From the NCBI GenBank assembly GCA_963666975.2, contig CAXVYR010000003.1, positions 160,001 through 224,000 of the forward strand: 64,000 nucleotides of DNA, read 5' to 3'. Below, piece by piece: positions 48,772-58,322 of this stretch. The translations under genes and the position numbers were made by a program. A model generated the notes under the pieces. The model did no database searches. It saw nothing but the letters and a program-made list of their open reading frames with translations, and was not told the DNA's origin. Position 1 is the stretch's first letter, and every line of letters begins with the position of its first letter. The stretch is from Terriglobia bacterium. GTDB lineage: Bacteria > Acidobacteriota > Terriglobia > 2-12-FULL-54-10.

Positions 48772-49662
48772 TCATTGCTCGGTCACCTCCACCCCGGCAA
48801 GGGTTTCAAGCAGCGTGATGGCAGCGGCGAAATCCTCCTCGCCATGCCCCATCGCCACCGAGGCCCCAAACAGCTCGTGGACCAGGGCGGTCGCCGGGAG
48901 CGGGACGTTCAGCTCGTGACCGGACTCCAGCATGAGTCCCAGGTCCTTGTGCATCCACTTCAAGGAAAAGTTCGGTTCAAAGCTTCGCTTCAGCACCTGC
49001 GGCAGCTTGGCGCCGATCATGGGATTGCTGGCCACGCTGGCCTGCAGGACCTCGAGAACCAAAGAAGGAGAAAGCCCGGCCTTCTGCGCCAGCACAAAAC
49101 CCTCGGCCATGGCCTGGCAGGTAAGCGCCCCGATCAGGTTCTGCGTCAGCTTGAGTTGCAGGCCCATGCCCTGCGCGCCGATGTAAAAGATTTTTTCCGC
49201 CATGACCGCGAGATACGGCTCGACGCGCTGGAAAACTTTTTTGTCGCCCCCGACCATGAAGGTCAGCGCGCCGTTGATAGCGCCCTGCTTGCTTCCGCTG
49301 CAAGGAGCGTCCAGAAAGCCGGCTCCGCGGCTGCGAAACTGCTCCGCCACTCTGCGGCTGACCGAAGGAGAAATCGTAGTGCAATCGACCACCACCGAAC
49401 CCGGCTGTACGCCTTCGAGCAGGCTCTCGGTCACCTGACAGACGGAGTCTGACCCCCCGACACAGAGGAAGATGACTTGCGACAGGCGGGCAACCTCGGC
49501 TGGCGAACCGGCGACTTTTGCGCCACGGCTCGCCAGTTCCTCCGACTTCTGCCGGTTGCGGTTGAAAACAGCAACGGAATAACCAGCCTTCAAGAGACTC
49601 TCCGCCATGGGAAGGCCCATGATCCCCAAGCCGATAAAACCTAACTTTTCCAGTTCCGACAT
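48772..49662 (-). CDS. Beta-hydroxyacid dehydrogenase (3-hydroxyisobutyrate DH/GarR-like)
   Basis: GFIGLGIMG, FLDAPCSG, LKLTQN, F.L.WMHKDL. Confidence 0.9.
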   Translation of the reverse strand: MSELEKLGFIGLGIMGLPMAESLLKAGYSVAVFNRNRQKSEELASRGAKVAGSPAEVARLSQVIFLCVGGSDSVCQVTESLLEGVQPGSVVVDCTTISPSVSRRVAEQFRSRGAGFLDAPCSGSKQGAINGALTFMVGGDKKVFQRVEPYLAVMAEKIFYIGAQGMGLQLKLTQNLIGALTCQAMAEGFVLAQKAGLSPSLVLEVLQASVASNPMIGAKLPQVLKRSFEPNFSLKWMHKDLGLMLESGHELNVPLPATALVHELFGASVAMGHGEEDFAAAITLLETLAGVEVTEQ

Positions 49663-49804
49663 CTTTTACTTATTTCTCCCTGAAGTGAAATGACGACGGC
49701 GAAGCGCCCGCGCCGTTCCTCAGGATGACCGCGAAGGGGCTCGGAATCTCGCAGCAGCGTGGGTGGCATCCATGCTGAAATTATTCTAACTGTTTCGCGG
49801 CTTC

Positions 49805-51277
49805 CTACTTTTCGGCCGGTTTTTTCTTCCTCTCGCGCAGCGCGGGCTCGAGAACTTTCACCTTGTTCTCTTCCTGTGACTTCTTGCTTGCTTTGCTTTT
49901 TCGCTCCGTGACCCAGCCGAGCTTGTTGGTCTGGCGCGAGCGGGCGATGCCGAGCGAGTCTGGAGGGACCTCCTCGGTGATGGTGGAGCCGGCGGCGACA
50001 TAGGCGTTTTTACCCACGCGAACCGGGGCAACCATCTGCGTCCCGCTGCCGATGAAGACGTTGTCTTCAATCACGGTGGTGTGCTTTTTTTCTCCGTCGT
50101 AGTTGCAGGTGATGGTGCCCGCCCCGACGTTCACATTCTCCCCGACCACGGTGTCGCCCAGATAGGTCAGATGCTGCGCCTTGCTCCCGCGTCCGATGCG
50201 GGTCTTTTTGACCTCGACGAAATTACCGATCTTCGCTCCGGGGCCGATCTCGTTGCCGGGCCGGAAGTGCGAGAACGGCCCGACGCTGGCCCCGTTTGCG
50301 ATCCGTGCTTCGGCGATCACACAGAACTGCTTGACGGTGACATCATCGGCCAGCTCGGATTCGGTGATGACGGAAAAGGAACCGATCCGGCAATTCTCCC
50401 CCACGCGGGTCTTGCCGGCCAGCGTGACGCCGGGTTCGATCACCGTGTCCGGCCCCACCTCCACGTCCATGTCGATCATCACGGTTTCCGGCCGCAGGAT
50501 GGTGACGCCTGCCAGCATCAGCGCCCGAGCTTTTCGTCCTCGCAGCAGAGCGTCCACCTCGGCCAGCTCCGCGCGGTTGTTGATGCCGATGACCTCGGAG
50601 GCGTCGTCCATCCGGCAGGGATGCACCTTCTTTCCCCCGTGGGTAAGCAGGCCGATGACGTCGGTCAGATAGTATTCTCCCGAGATACCGTCACGGGGAA
50701 TGCGGTCCAGTTCGGCGAGCAGGTGCCGGGTCTCGAAGCAGTAGATCGCGGTATTAATCTCGCGAATGCGGCGCTCGTCGGGGGAAGCCGATTTTTGCTC
50801 GACGATGGAGGCTACGCCGCCATCCGGCCCGCGCAGGATGCGTCCATAGCCGGTGGGGTCCTCCATCTCGGCCGTCATCACGCTGGCCGCCGCGCCGGAG
50901 CCTAGGTGGGAGTCGATAAACCGTCGCAGGGTTTGGGCCGTGATGAGAGGTGTATCTCCGCAGTAGACCAAAAGGTGCTGACCCGCTGTTTCCAATTCCC
51001 GGCGGGCGCACTGCAAGGCGTGGCCCGTGCCCAACTGCTGCTCCTGCCGGACAAAGTACAGCCCCTGTTGAGGCAAACCCTTCAAAGCGCCGGTCACCGC
51101 TTCGGCCTGGTGGCCGACGATAACAATAATATTCCCCTCAGAAACCTCTCTCGCCGTGCGCACGGCGTGTTCAATCAGCGTCCGGCCCGCCACCGAGTGC
51201 AGCACCTTGGCGAGCTTGGACTTCAACCGCGTTCCCAGGCCCGCGCCCAGAATGGCGATGGCGATCTGATCTTTCAT
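49805..51277 (-). CDS. glmU: Bifunctional GlmU
   Basis: GAGLGTRLKS, QQLGTGHA, EYYLTD, GNFVEVK, HLTYLGD, NYDG. Confidence 0.96.
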   Translation of the reverse strand: MKDQIAIAILGAGLGTRLKSKLAKVLHSVAGRTLIEHAVRTAREVSEGNIIVIVGHQAEAVTGALKGLPQQGLYFVRQEQQLGTGHALQCARRELETAGQHLLVYCGDTPLITAQTLRRFIDSHLGSGAAASVMTAEMEDPTGYGRILRGPDGGVASIVEQKSASPDERRIREINTAIYCFETRHLLAELDRIPRDGISGEYYLTDVIGLLTHGGKKVHPCRMDDASEVIGINNRAELAEVDALLRGRKARALMLAGVTILRPETVMIDMDVEVGPDTVIEPGVTLAGKTRVGENCRIGSFSVITESELADDVTVKQFCVIAEARIANGASVGPFSHFRPGNEIGPGAKIGNFVEVKKTRIGRGSKAQHLTYLGDTVVGENVNVGAGTITCNYDGEKKHTTVIEDNVFIGSGTQMVAPVRVGKNAYVAAGSTITEEVPPDSLGIARSRQTNKLGWVTERKSKASKKSQEENKVKVLEPALRERKKKPAEK

Positions 51278-51365
51278 CTGGTTATCCTCATTACTCTATT
51301 ATCCTGATCTACAGGAACAGTGTGTATGGTGGCCGCTTCTTCCGTTCTCGCACGGACAATGCAGC

Positions 51366-52502
51366 TCAGGTCCTGGCGAGGCGGCGTTTCTTGAGGAGCC
51401 TGCCGGCGCCAAGCCGTGACGGAACTCCGCCTGCCTTGCGAGCCAAATTGCGATGGCGGGTGGCGATTTCAAGAACCTTCTTTGCCAGGCGGTCGGAATG
51501 ATGCCGCACCTTCTGCGCGGTCGATGCCCCCGTTCGCTCCTCCGACAACAGATTGCCGGTTACCAGGCGCACTCCCAATTTCTCCAGCTCGGCGGCGTCC
51601 ACCTCCACGGGTTTCGATCTTTGGGATAGATACCGCCTCCGCAACCCGGGCGAAGCCGGTTTGGTGTTCAATAAAGCATAATCAAAGACGGGCAAGCCGC
51701 AATGATCGTAGATTGCCCGGATGTGGTCGGCGGCGGAGTAACCGGCGGTCTCTCCGGGCTGGGACATCAGGTTGCAGATAAATATTCTGGCGGCGGGAGC
51801 GCGCGCCATTCGTTCCGCCACGTCCTGCACCAGCAGGTTCGGAATCAAGCTGGTAAACAGCGAGCCGGGTCCCACGGTGATGGCGTCGGCCTCGTCGATG
51901 GCCTCCAGCGTCTGCGGCAGCGGATGGCATCTGGAAGGCACCAGGCGGATGCGGGCGATCCGGGCGCGGCTCCGGGAGATGAGCGTCTCGCCCCGAACGA
52001 TGCGGCCGTTCTGCATCAAGGCTTCCAGAGTGACGTTGGAAACTGTGGAGGGAAGGATGCGGCCCCGAATGGCGAGCACTTCGCTGGTGACTTTAACCGC
52101 ATCCTGGAAATCTCCGGTGATGCCGGTCAGCGCGGTCAAAAAAAGATTGCCAAAGCTGTGCCCCTTCAGCCCCCTTCCGCTGGTAAAACGGAATTGAAAG
52201 AGCCGGGAAAGCAGTCCTTCGTCTTCCGAGAGCGCTACCATGCAGTTGCGGATGTCGCCGGGGGGCAGAACCTGGAACTCCCGCCGCAGACGTCCGGAGC
52301 TGCCGCCATCGTCGGAAACCGTGACGACCGCGGTGAGATCGCTCAAGCGGGCGGGATCCGTCCGGGAGAGCGCATCGGAAAACGGCGTCGCGTTGTCCCG
52401 CTCGTCGTTCCACTCAGTGACCCACTCATCCCGAACATGCTTCTTCAGGCCGTGCAGCAGGGCAGAAAGTCCGGTTCCGCCGCCCATCGCGACAATTTTC
52501 AT
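51366..52502 (-). CDS. yvcK: YvcK/GlmR (CofD-like) protein
   Basis: GGGTGLS, DDGGSSG, PPGDIRN, GHSFGNL, GPGSLFTS, NLMSQPGET. Confidence 0.92.
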   Translation of the reverse strand: MKIVAMGGGTGLSALLHGLKKHVRDEWVTEWNDERDNATPFSDALSRTDPARLSDLTAVVTVSDDGGSSGRLRREFQVLPPGDIRNCMVALSEDEGLLSRLFQFRFTSGRGLKGHSFGNLFLTALTGITGDFQDAVKVTSEVLAIRGRILPSTVSNVTLEALMQNGRIVRGETLISRSRARIARIRLVPSRCHPLPQTLEAIDEADAITVGPGSLFTSLIPNLLVQDVAERMARAPAARIFICNLMSQPGETAGYSAADHIRAIYDHCGLPVFDYALLNTKPASPGLRRRYLSQRSKPVEVDAAELEKLGVRLVTGNLLSEERTGASTAQKVRHHSDRLAKKVLEIATRHRNLARKAGGVPSRLGAGRLLKKRRLART

Positions 52503-52539
52503 GCCCCCCAACCCCTGCCAGTATGCATTCCTGATGCCT

Positions 52540-53229
52540 TTATATGATCGGCTTTTCCGGATAGATCAACTCGGTGAAGCGGGGGTCCTCTTCGAGTTTG
52601 GAAAAATCCGAATCGTTCCGTGCCATATACCGGTTCCGCTCATTGAGTTGGATTGCTTTTTGCAGATGCTCCAGCGCAGCCTCAACATGCTCCTGGAGGG
52701 CAAACGTGGAGGCCAGAGCATAATAGATGTAGTCAGACTTCGGGGCGAGTTTCAGCGCCTTAGCCAGGTAACGCTCCGCTTCCTGCTGGTTCCCCTCGTT
52801 TGCCATGCTCACACCATAGTTGTAAAAGTCCTCGGTGGTTTTCAGGCGCGGACTGAGATGACTGAGACGCTGATTACAAATGTTCAGATAGACTTGAGCC
52901 CGTTCGGCTAAGTCCCGAGTGGGGAGGTTCGCCAGGCGTTCAAAAATGGGGCGGGCCTTTGCAAACCCATGCCGGTTGAACTGCTTCACTCCATTTTCAA
53001 ATTGCGTCACAGAGTTCCTATATTGGATTTCTTCCGGAGTTAACTTCCGCCGGAAGACGGGAGCCGCCTTGGACTTGGAAGATTTCTTCCCTTTTGCTTT
53101 CAAATTCTTAGAGGCAGAGCCCTGGGCCTTTTTGGACGCAGCCAAGCGCGCGGTTCCGGCAGGCCGTTTCTTTTTAGCTGGCCGGTTCTTTTTAGCTGAT
53201 AGTGTCTTTTTAGAAATAGGTTTCTTCAT
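52540..53229 (-). CDS. TPR protein with a Lys/Ala-rich N-terminal tail
   Basis: About 60-aa KKxxxKK tail, TPR helices, ARNDSDF..L..DPRF C-terminus. Confidence 0.8.
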   Translation of the reverse strand: MKKPISKKTLSAKKNRPAKKKRPAGTARLAASKKAQGSASKNLKAKGKKSSKSKAAPVFRRKLTPEEIQYRNSVTQFENGVKQFNRHGFAKARPIFERLANLPTRDLAERAQVYLNICNQRLSHLSPRLKTTEDFYNYGVSMANEGNQQEAERYLAKALKLAPKSDYIYYALASTFALQEHVEAALEHLQKAIQLNERNRYMARNDSDFSKLEEDPRFTELIYPEKPII

Positions 53230-53503
53230 TCCAGAACCGCCTCCTAGGGCACGACGCCTTGAGTCATTGGGGCATCAGCGGCTAATTCATAGCATTCTAT
53301 TCACTTATAGCAGAACAGAAAATTTCCAGTCAAGGGAAGGGAGCCTTGGGCGGTGGGAGGATACCAATCGGGGTAGAGGCTGTAAACGCCGTTTGCCGCT
53401 TGCTGCTATTCAATAAAAGCAGTCCTGCCGGCCTCTGGCATCTGCCCTGGCCAAGGAAACCACAGCCACACGATAGCCGTCTCCGCTCCAAGCCCACCCA
53501 TCC

Positions 53504-54574
53504 CTATCGGGAAAGACGAGCGGCTCTGGGACGGTAGCCGCTCCGAGCCCGGATGCGGAAATCTTTCACGTGATCTCCCACCAGTTTCACAGTAATGTCC
53601 CGCCAGCCGCGGTTCGGATTCGGTTGCGGATAGTAGCTGAGCGCATAAAGATGTGACAGGTCATCCCGGATTAAGGAAAAGGCCTTCTGCTGATCTCTCC
53701 AGTTTTTGGCAAAATACGCTTTGCCCCCCGTGCTGACGGTAATCCGCTCAAATACGGCGGTCGAGACCGGATCGTGTTTCGCCTCGCGCGTGCTGATCAT
53801 GTAAATGGGGATGCCCGCCGCTTGAGCCAGCTCCCGAACCGCCTCGGGAGAAACCACGCTGGCGTTGTCCGGACCATTGGAGAAAACAACCACGACTTTT
53901 CTTCCGGAGAGATCCGCCGCGTCTTTGAGGGTCATCAAGAGGCCGTTATAAAGAGCCGCGTCATCCCCGGCGACAGTGGAGCGCACGCCGCGCAAAACCT
54001 CCACGCGGTCGGAGGTGAGCGCAGCGGGCCGCGAAAAGTTGCGGCTGTAGGAATACAGCGCGACCCGGTCGGCGGCATCTAAAGAGCGGACGAATTCGGA
54101 AATGGCGTCCTGCGCAAACACAAATCCCCGGTACATGTAGTTGCTGGTGTCGAACAAAATGAAAACATTGGCTCCGGCCACCAGAGAAGCAACGCTCTCC
54201 GGCGTGGCCTGCGGGAATTCCTGCGGATTCCCGTTGCGAAGCCGGGCAGGCCCGCGGGAGTAAAACGGCCGCACCACCCGTGGCTGGCTCTGCCCCGGTA
54301 AAAACTCTCCCAACCGGCGCGGGGCGGCGCTGCCTTCGGCGAAGGTAGCCACCTTCTGCTGAATGCCATCCTCGTACAGTTCAAAGTCCCAGGGATACAG
54401 GGCTGTTATATAGTTGCCCTTCTTGTCTGTCACGGCCACATTCAACAGCACCATGTCGACTTCGACCCGGAAGACGGCCGTGCCGGGCTCGGCTTCCTGC
54501 GCCGTGCCGGGGATTAGGCTGCCGGGGAAAATACCGAGCAGCATCAGAAGCAGAAAGAAACATTGCCTGTTCAT
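53504..54574 (-). CDS. Exported Acidobacteria-type VWA domain protein, degenerate MIDAS
   Basis: Signal peptide, FRVEVDMVLLNVAVTDKKG, YEDG.Q, TGG.AY, Y.LSYYP, RARSGY; start revised to 54574. Confidence 0.88.
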   Translation of the reverse strand: MNRQCFFLLLMLLGIFPGSLIPGTAQEAEPGTAVFRVEVDMVLLNVAVTDKKGNYITALYPWDFELYEDGIQQKVATFAEGSAAPRRLGEFLPGQSQPRVVRPFYSRGPARLRNGNPQEFPQATPESVASLVAGANVFILFDTSNYMYRGFVFAQDAISEFVRSLDAADRVALYSYSRNFSRPAALTSDRVEVLRGVRSTVAGDDAALYNGLLMTLKDAADLSGRKVVVVFSNGPDNASVVSPEAVRELAQAAGIPIYMISTREAKHDPVSTAVFERITVSTGGKAYFAKNWRDQQKAFSLIRDDLSHLYALSYYPQPNPNRGWRDITVKLVGDHVKDFRIRARSGYRPRAARLSR

Positions 54575-54657
54575 AGATCCATCTCCCCTCGGTTGCGAAA
54601 TTCCACTGCTTTCCGTAACAGAACTGCTTTTGTCCGTCCCGCATGCAGCGGGAAATT

Positions 54658-57600
54658 TCAACCTTGGCCGGCAGCCGGAGGCTTCGGCAAAGAGGTTACC
54701 TGCCCGCTGCGAAACTCCTCTCCGGTTTCCCGCAAGGCGCGGAGCACAGCCGACCAGTCCTCCAGGTGAGTGGCGAAAATCTTCTCGATCATTCGGCGGG
54801 TCAGCTCGGGAATCATGCGGTGCAGCATGGCCGGCGCATAGCCTGCTTCGTCTGCCAGCCGTGCCCAGTACAGATTGTGAGAGTCCCAGCTCTCGGCCAG
54901 CAAACGGCTGGAATAGCCCAAGAAGGTGGGAAACGGTTTCCCCGGCAACAATTCTCGCGCGTGGGTGTTGGCCAGGGCAGGGTGGGGTACGCCGAAATCG
55001 CGGGAGATGCGCTCCCAGCTGACCTCCTCCGGGTAGCGCTGCTCGAGAGTTTTCAGTTCGTCTCCGGCCACGCTCCACTCTGCGGCCTGGCCGGGATATT
55101 TTTTCCGAAACTCGGCTGCCAGGTAAAAAAGCTCCGCCGGCATCAACTGGAAAAGAGCTTCCTCCAGATGCGCCGTGCCCAGGGCCTTTTCTACTTTCTC
55201 CAGGCGCCTCGGGAGCATGCGGTCGAACAGGATATCCGAGACTCTGCGCCGCGTGGCCTCATCACCCGCGGCAGCCGCCAGGAGGTCTTCTCCCAGGCTC
55301 TGGTAGAGAGCCACGGCGTGCATCTCGTTCCGGGTAACCCCCCACCAGCGGGGCAGGACGGCGCTCGCCAAAATCGTCGGCGCCAGATCCGCCCAGATCA
55401 ACGATTGAGTGTTTTCCGGAACGAGGAAGTCCTGTTCTATTTGTGCGAGCACGTAAGGCAGGTTGGCGAGCGAACCCGCCAGGTAGGCCCCGCCGCTCGC
55501 CGTCCAACCCCTGCCGAACAGGCGCGGTGTCTGCCATGCTTCTTCTCCCGTTGTGGTCATCCGCCCGGAAAAATCATGGGAACGGACGAAGAGCGAATTG
55601 TTGTGGAGGATTTGAGCGCCCGGCGGCTCGTAGTATGCATAGTTCAAGCCGACCAGGGTGTCCCGCAGGAACGGAGTGAGCAGGCCGCGAACCTCATCCA
55701 TCTTACGCGGCGAATTGGCTGATTGAATCTCCTTGGTCAAATCGGTGCGCGCCTGCAGGGCGGTATGCGGGTTATTGATGAGTCCGGAGGCCCATTCGCT
55801 TCGTTCTCTGCGGCTAAAAATGGGCAGGGGCATCTCGAACTCCCGGAGCTGTCCCGCTAGACGAACCAAGGACTCCGAAGCAGCTCCCCCTGGCGCCATT
55901 TCATCCATGCCGGCGCGCAGCCCCAGCAAGGTATCCAGGGGGACCAGACGCTGCGCATCCAATATTCCGTGGATTCTTTCAGCCAGTTCCTGCCGCGCTT
56001 GCTGTCCTTCCGGACTCGCCTGGGAGGGGCCAGCCAATAGCGCCACGATTTCATCCTGGGAAAGTTTCGGTGTGCCCCTGACGAATTCCAGCATTCCTTG
56101 CAAGGAGGCCTGGGCGGCTTCAAAGATCTCAACCGGGGAGCTGATACCGGAGAAGGGATGGACCACCTTCTGGAAGGAATAATTCAGCATGTTTTCCGGA
56201 ATTTGTTCTTGTCTTGCCAGTATCTGCCAAAGTCCGACGTTCGCCTGAAACAGGCCCATCGCATCGGCCCGCACCAGGTGTTTGCGAATGTGGTCGATGC
56301 TCTCGGCTGCGTGCAGGAAGCGGCTGATCGAATCATTGTCCAGGCTGCTCCACTCGGAGAACAGCAAGTACTGATTTTGGAGGCGCGAGAACTTCTCCGC
56401 CAGCAACCGGACCGTCTGCGGGCTCAGCCGCCCGGCAGGAGTGCGGTAGCGGTCGATTTCGATCAATGCCAGATAGGTTTGCAGCGGCCCATCTTTCCCC
56501 GGGTCGCGGGAAAGGGAAACCAAGGCTTCCAGTAATTCTTCGGGCTTGTCCCAGCCGTTTGAGCGCTTGGCCAACTCCCGGACTAATTTGGAATCGCTTT
56601 TCCTGCGGAATATCTCCTTCCACACTTCTAAATTGCCCGGGACGTGCGGTTCGCCGTCCGGCTCCAGATAGAGACGGCTGACGAGCAGCAGGAGCCCTGC
56701 ATTGGGCCGAAAAACGGGCCGGGCGGGATTGGGAAGGTTTTTGTTGCTCTTCCCCCGCAGCGCTTCATAGAGGCGACTCAACCGGCGAGGTTCGGTGAAG
56801 TACGCCTGCTGGGCCCGGCTGACGCGAGAGAGCGCATCAAAATAAACTGCCACCCAGCCCGTATCTTTTTCGAGCAACCGCATTACAAATTCTCCGGGTG
56901 AGCCCGGGTCGGCGCCCACCAAGCTTTTCCAGGCCGATTCCGAACGGGCTCCTCCGGGAACGAGGACTCGCCCGGACCGGATTGCAATATGGCTGCCATA
57001 AAAGTCCAGAACGGGTGCCAGCGGGACCAGTGTCTTCATTCCAGGGTCCCGCCGCAGGGCCGTTCGGGTTTCTTCGTCCAGCCGGGATAAGGCCCAGTAG
57101 AGGCGGGACAGTTGCGGGCTTTGCATGAGAGTGTCGACGACATCTTCCTCGCCCTCCACCCAATCGTTTGGATTAAACAGCGCCGGCACCTGGGAACTGG
57201 CGTAGGATTGGGCGAACGGCTGGCCAGTTCGAAGCGCTTCCTCCAGCTCCACCAGCGGGAATCCGGAATCAATGGTGAGGAAAGCCCTTTCCGGATCGGT
57301 GGTCTGCAACACAGCGTTGGGGCCGCAGGATTCCCGGAAACGATAACCAAGAATCGTGAGCAGCGGCTGGACGTCGCTGCAACCGGATACTCGCAGGACC
57401 CCGTCCAGGCCCGCCAGTTCGCGCAGATCTCTGGCCTGTTCCGTGTAATTTATTAACAGCTTCAGATACTCGGTGGGTTTGCCGGATTTCTTGCCGCTCC
57501 AGAAGTGATATCCTTCCACCACCACGTTGCGGGCCAGGAAAGACAGCACGTCCCTTGCCGGAGCCTTCTGGCTGATGGCAGCCATCCGCAAGAAAGAACG

Positions 57601-58125
57601 CAGCGGGCCGGGTATGATTGTAGTGGCGGGGAATCCAGACGGCATGGTCTGTTCCAGCGCCTTCTCCAGATCGGGCAGGTCTTTGCCTCCTTTTTCGCGG
57701 TAAAGTGCCAGGTATTCCCCTGCCTTTTCCCGGTTCCCTTCCAGAAGTTCCAATTCCACCAGCCGCCGCGTCACGGCCGCATGCCCGCCGGGTTGTTCCA
57801 TCTGTTCGGCCATGCGCTCGCCCTGCGACAGCAGTTTCAACCACTGCTCGTAAGCTTGCTTCCGTCCGGATTGGCCATAGCGGTCTAACAGCTGAGCAAA
57901 GGCGCGTGCGATCTCCGGGTCCTCGGGATACAGTTGTAATCCTTCGGAAAGGAGCGTCCTGGCCTGGGCCATCTGGCCGGATTCTTCCGAAGACAGCGCC
58001 TGGGCCAGCACGTCATCGGGGGAAGCGGGGTCGGCGCTCCAAGCTGGGCGCAGGAGCGAAGCATTTCCTCCAAAAATAAGCAGCAGAAAAAGACCCGACA
58101 GGGAAAAAGCGTGTTTCATGACCAC
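54658..58125 (-). CDS. Large exported alpha-helical hypothetical protein
   Basis: 1155 aa, signal peptide, TPR-like N-terminus, no catalytic motif recognised. Confidence 0.85.
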   Translation of the reverse strand: MVMKHAFSLSGLFLLLIFGGNASLLRPAWSADPASPDDVLAQALSSEESGQMAQARTLLSEGLQLYPEDPEIARAFAQLLDRYGQSGRKQAYEQWLKLLSQGERMAEQMEQPGGHAAVTRRLVELELLEGNREKAGEYLALYREKGGKDLPDLEKALEQTMPSGFPATTIIPGPLRSFLRMAAISQKAPARDVLSFLARNVVVEGYHFWSGKKSGKPTEYLKLLINYTEQARDLRELAGLDGVLRVSGCSDVQPLLTILGYRFRESCGPNAVLQTTDPERAFLTIDSGFPLVELEEALRTGQPFAQSYASSQVPALFNPNDWVEGEEDVVDTLMQSPQLSRLYWALSRLDEETRTALRRDPGMKTLVPLAPVLDFYGSHIAIRSGRVLVPGGARSESAWKSLVGADPGSPGEFVMRLLEKDTGWVAVYFDALSRVSRAQQAYFTEPRRLSRLYEALRGKSNKNLPNPARPVFRPNAGLLLLVSRLYLEPDGEPHVPGNLEVWKEIFRRKSDSKLVRELAKRSNGWDKPEELLEALVSLSRDPGKDGPLQTYLALIEIDRYRTPAGRLSPQTVRLLAEKFSRLQNQYLLFSEWSSLDNDSISRFLHAAESIDHIRKHLVRADAMGLFQANVGLWQILARQEQIPENMLNYSFQKVVHPFSGISSPVEIFEAAQASLQGMLEFVRGTPKLSQDEIVALLAGPSQASPEGQQARQELAERIHGILDAQRLVPLDTLLGLRAGMDEMAPGGAASESLVRLAGQLREFEMPLPIFSRRERSEWASGLINNPHTALQARTDLTKEIQSANSPRKMDEVRGLLTPFLRDTLVGLNYAYYEPPGAQILHNNSLFVRSHDFSGRMTTTGEEAWQTPRLFGRGWTASGGAYLAGSLANLPYVLAQIEQDFLVPENTQSLIWADLAPTILASAVLPRWWGVTRNEMHAVALYQSLGEDLLAAAAGDEATRRRVSDILFDRMLPRRLEKVEKALGTAHLEEALFQLMPAELFYLAAEFRKKYPGQAAEWSVAGDELKTLEQRYPEEVSWERISRDFGVPHPALANTHARELLPGKPFPTFLGYSSRLLAESWDSHNLYWARLADEAGYAPAMLHRMIPELTRRMIEKIFATHLEDWSAVLRALRETGEEFRSGQVTSLPKPPAAGQG

Positions 58126-58322
58126 AGCCCTTTCTACGAGTTTTAGAAAAGCGATGGATACTACCCGCAGGCAGCACAGCCGGGAAGCCGGCTCTGTCCT
58201 CTTGATTTACCCGTCTTCAAACTGACTATGGAGCGTCCATAAGAATAAATCATCTTGCAATACAATCCAAGTCTCCGGTCCACCCAAAAACAAGGTACAG
58301 GCAGATAACCTCGAATTATAGG

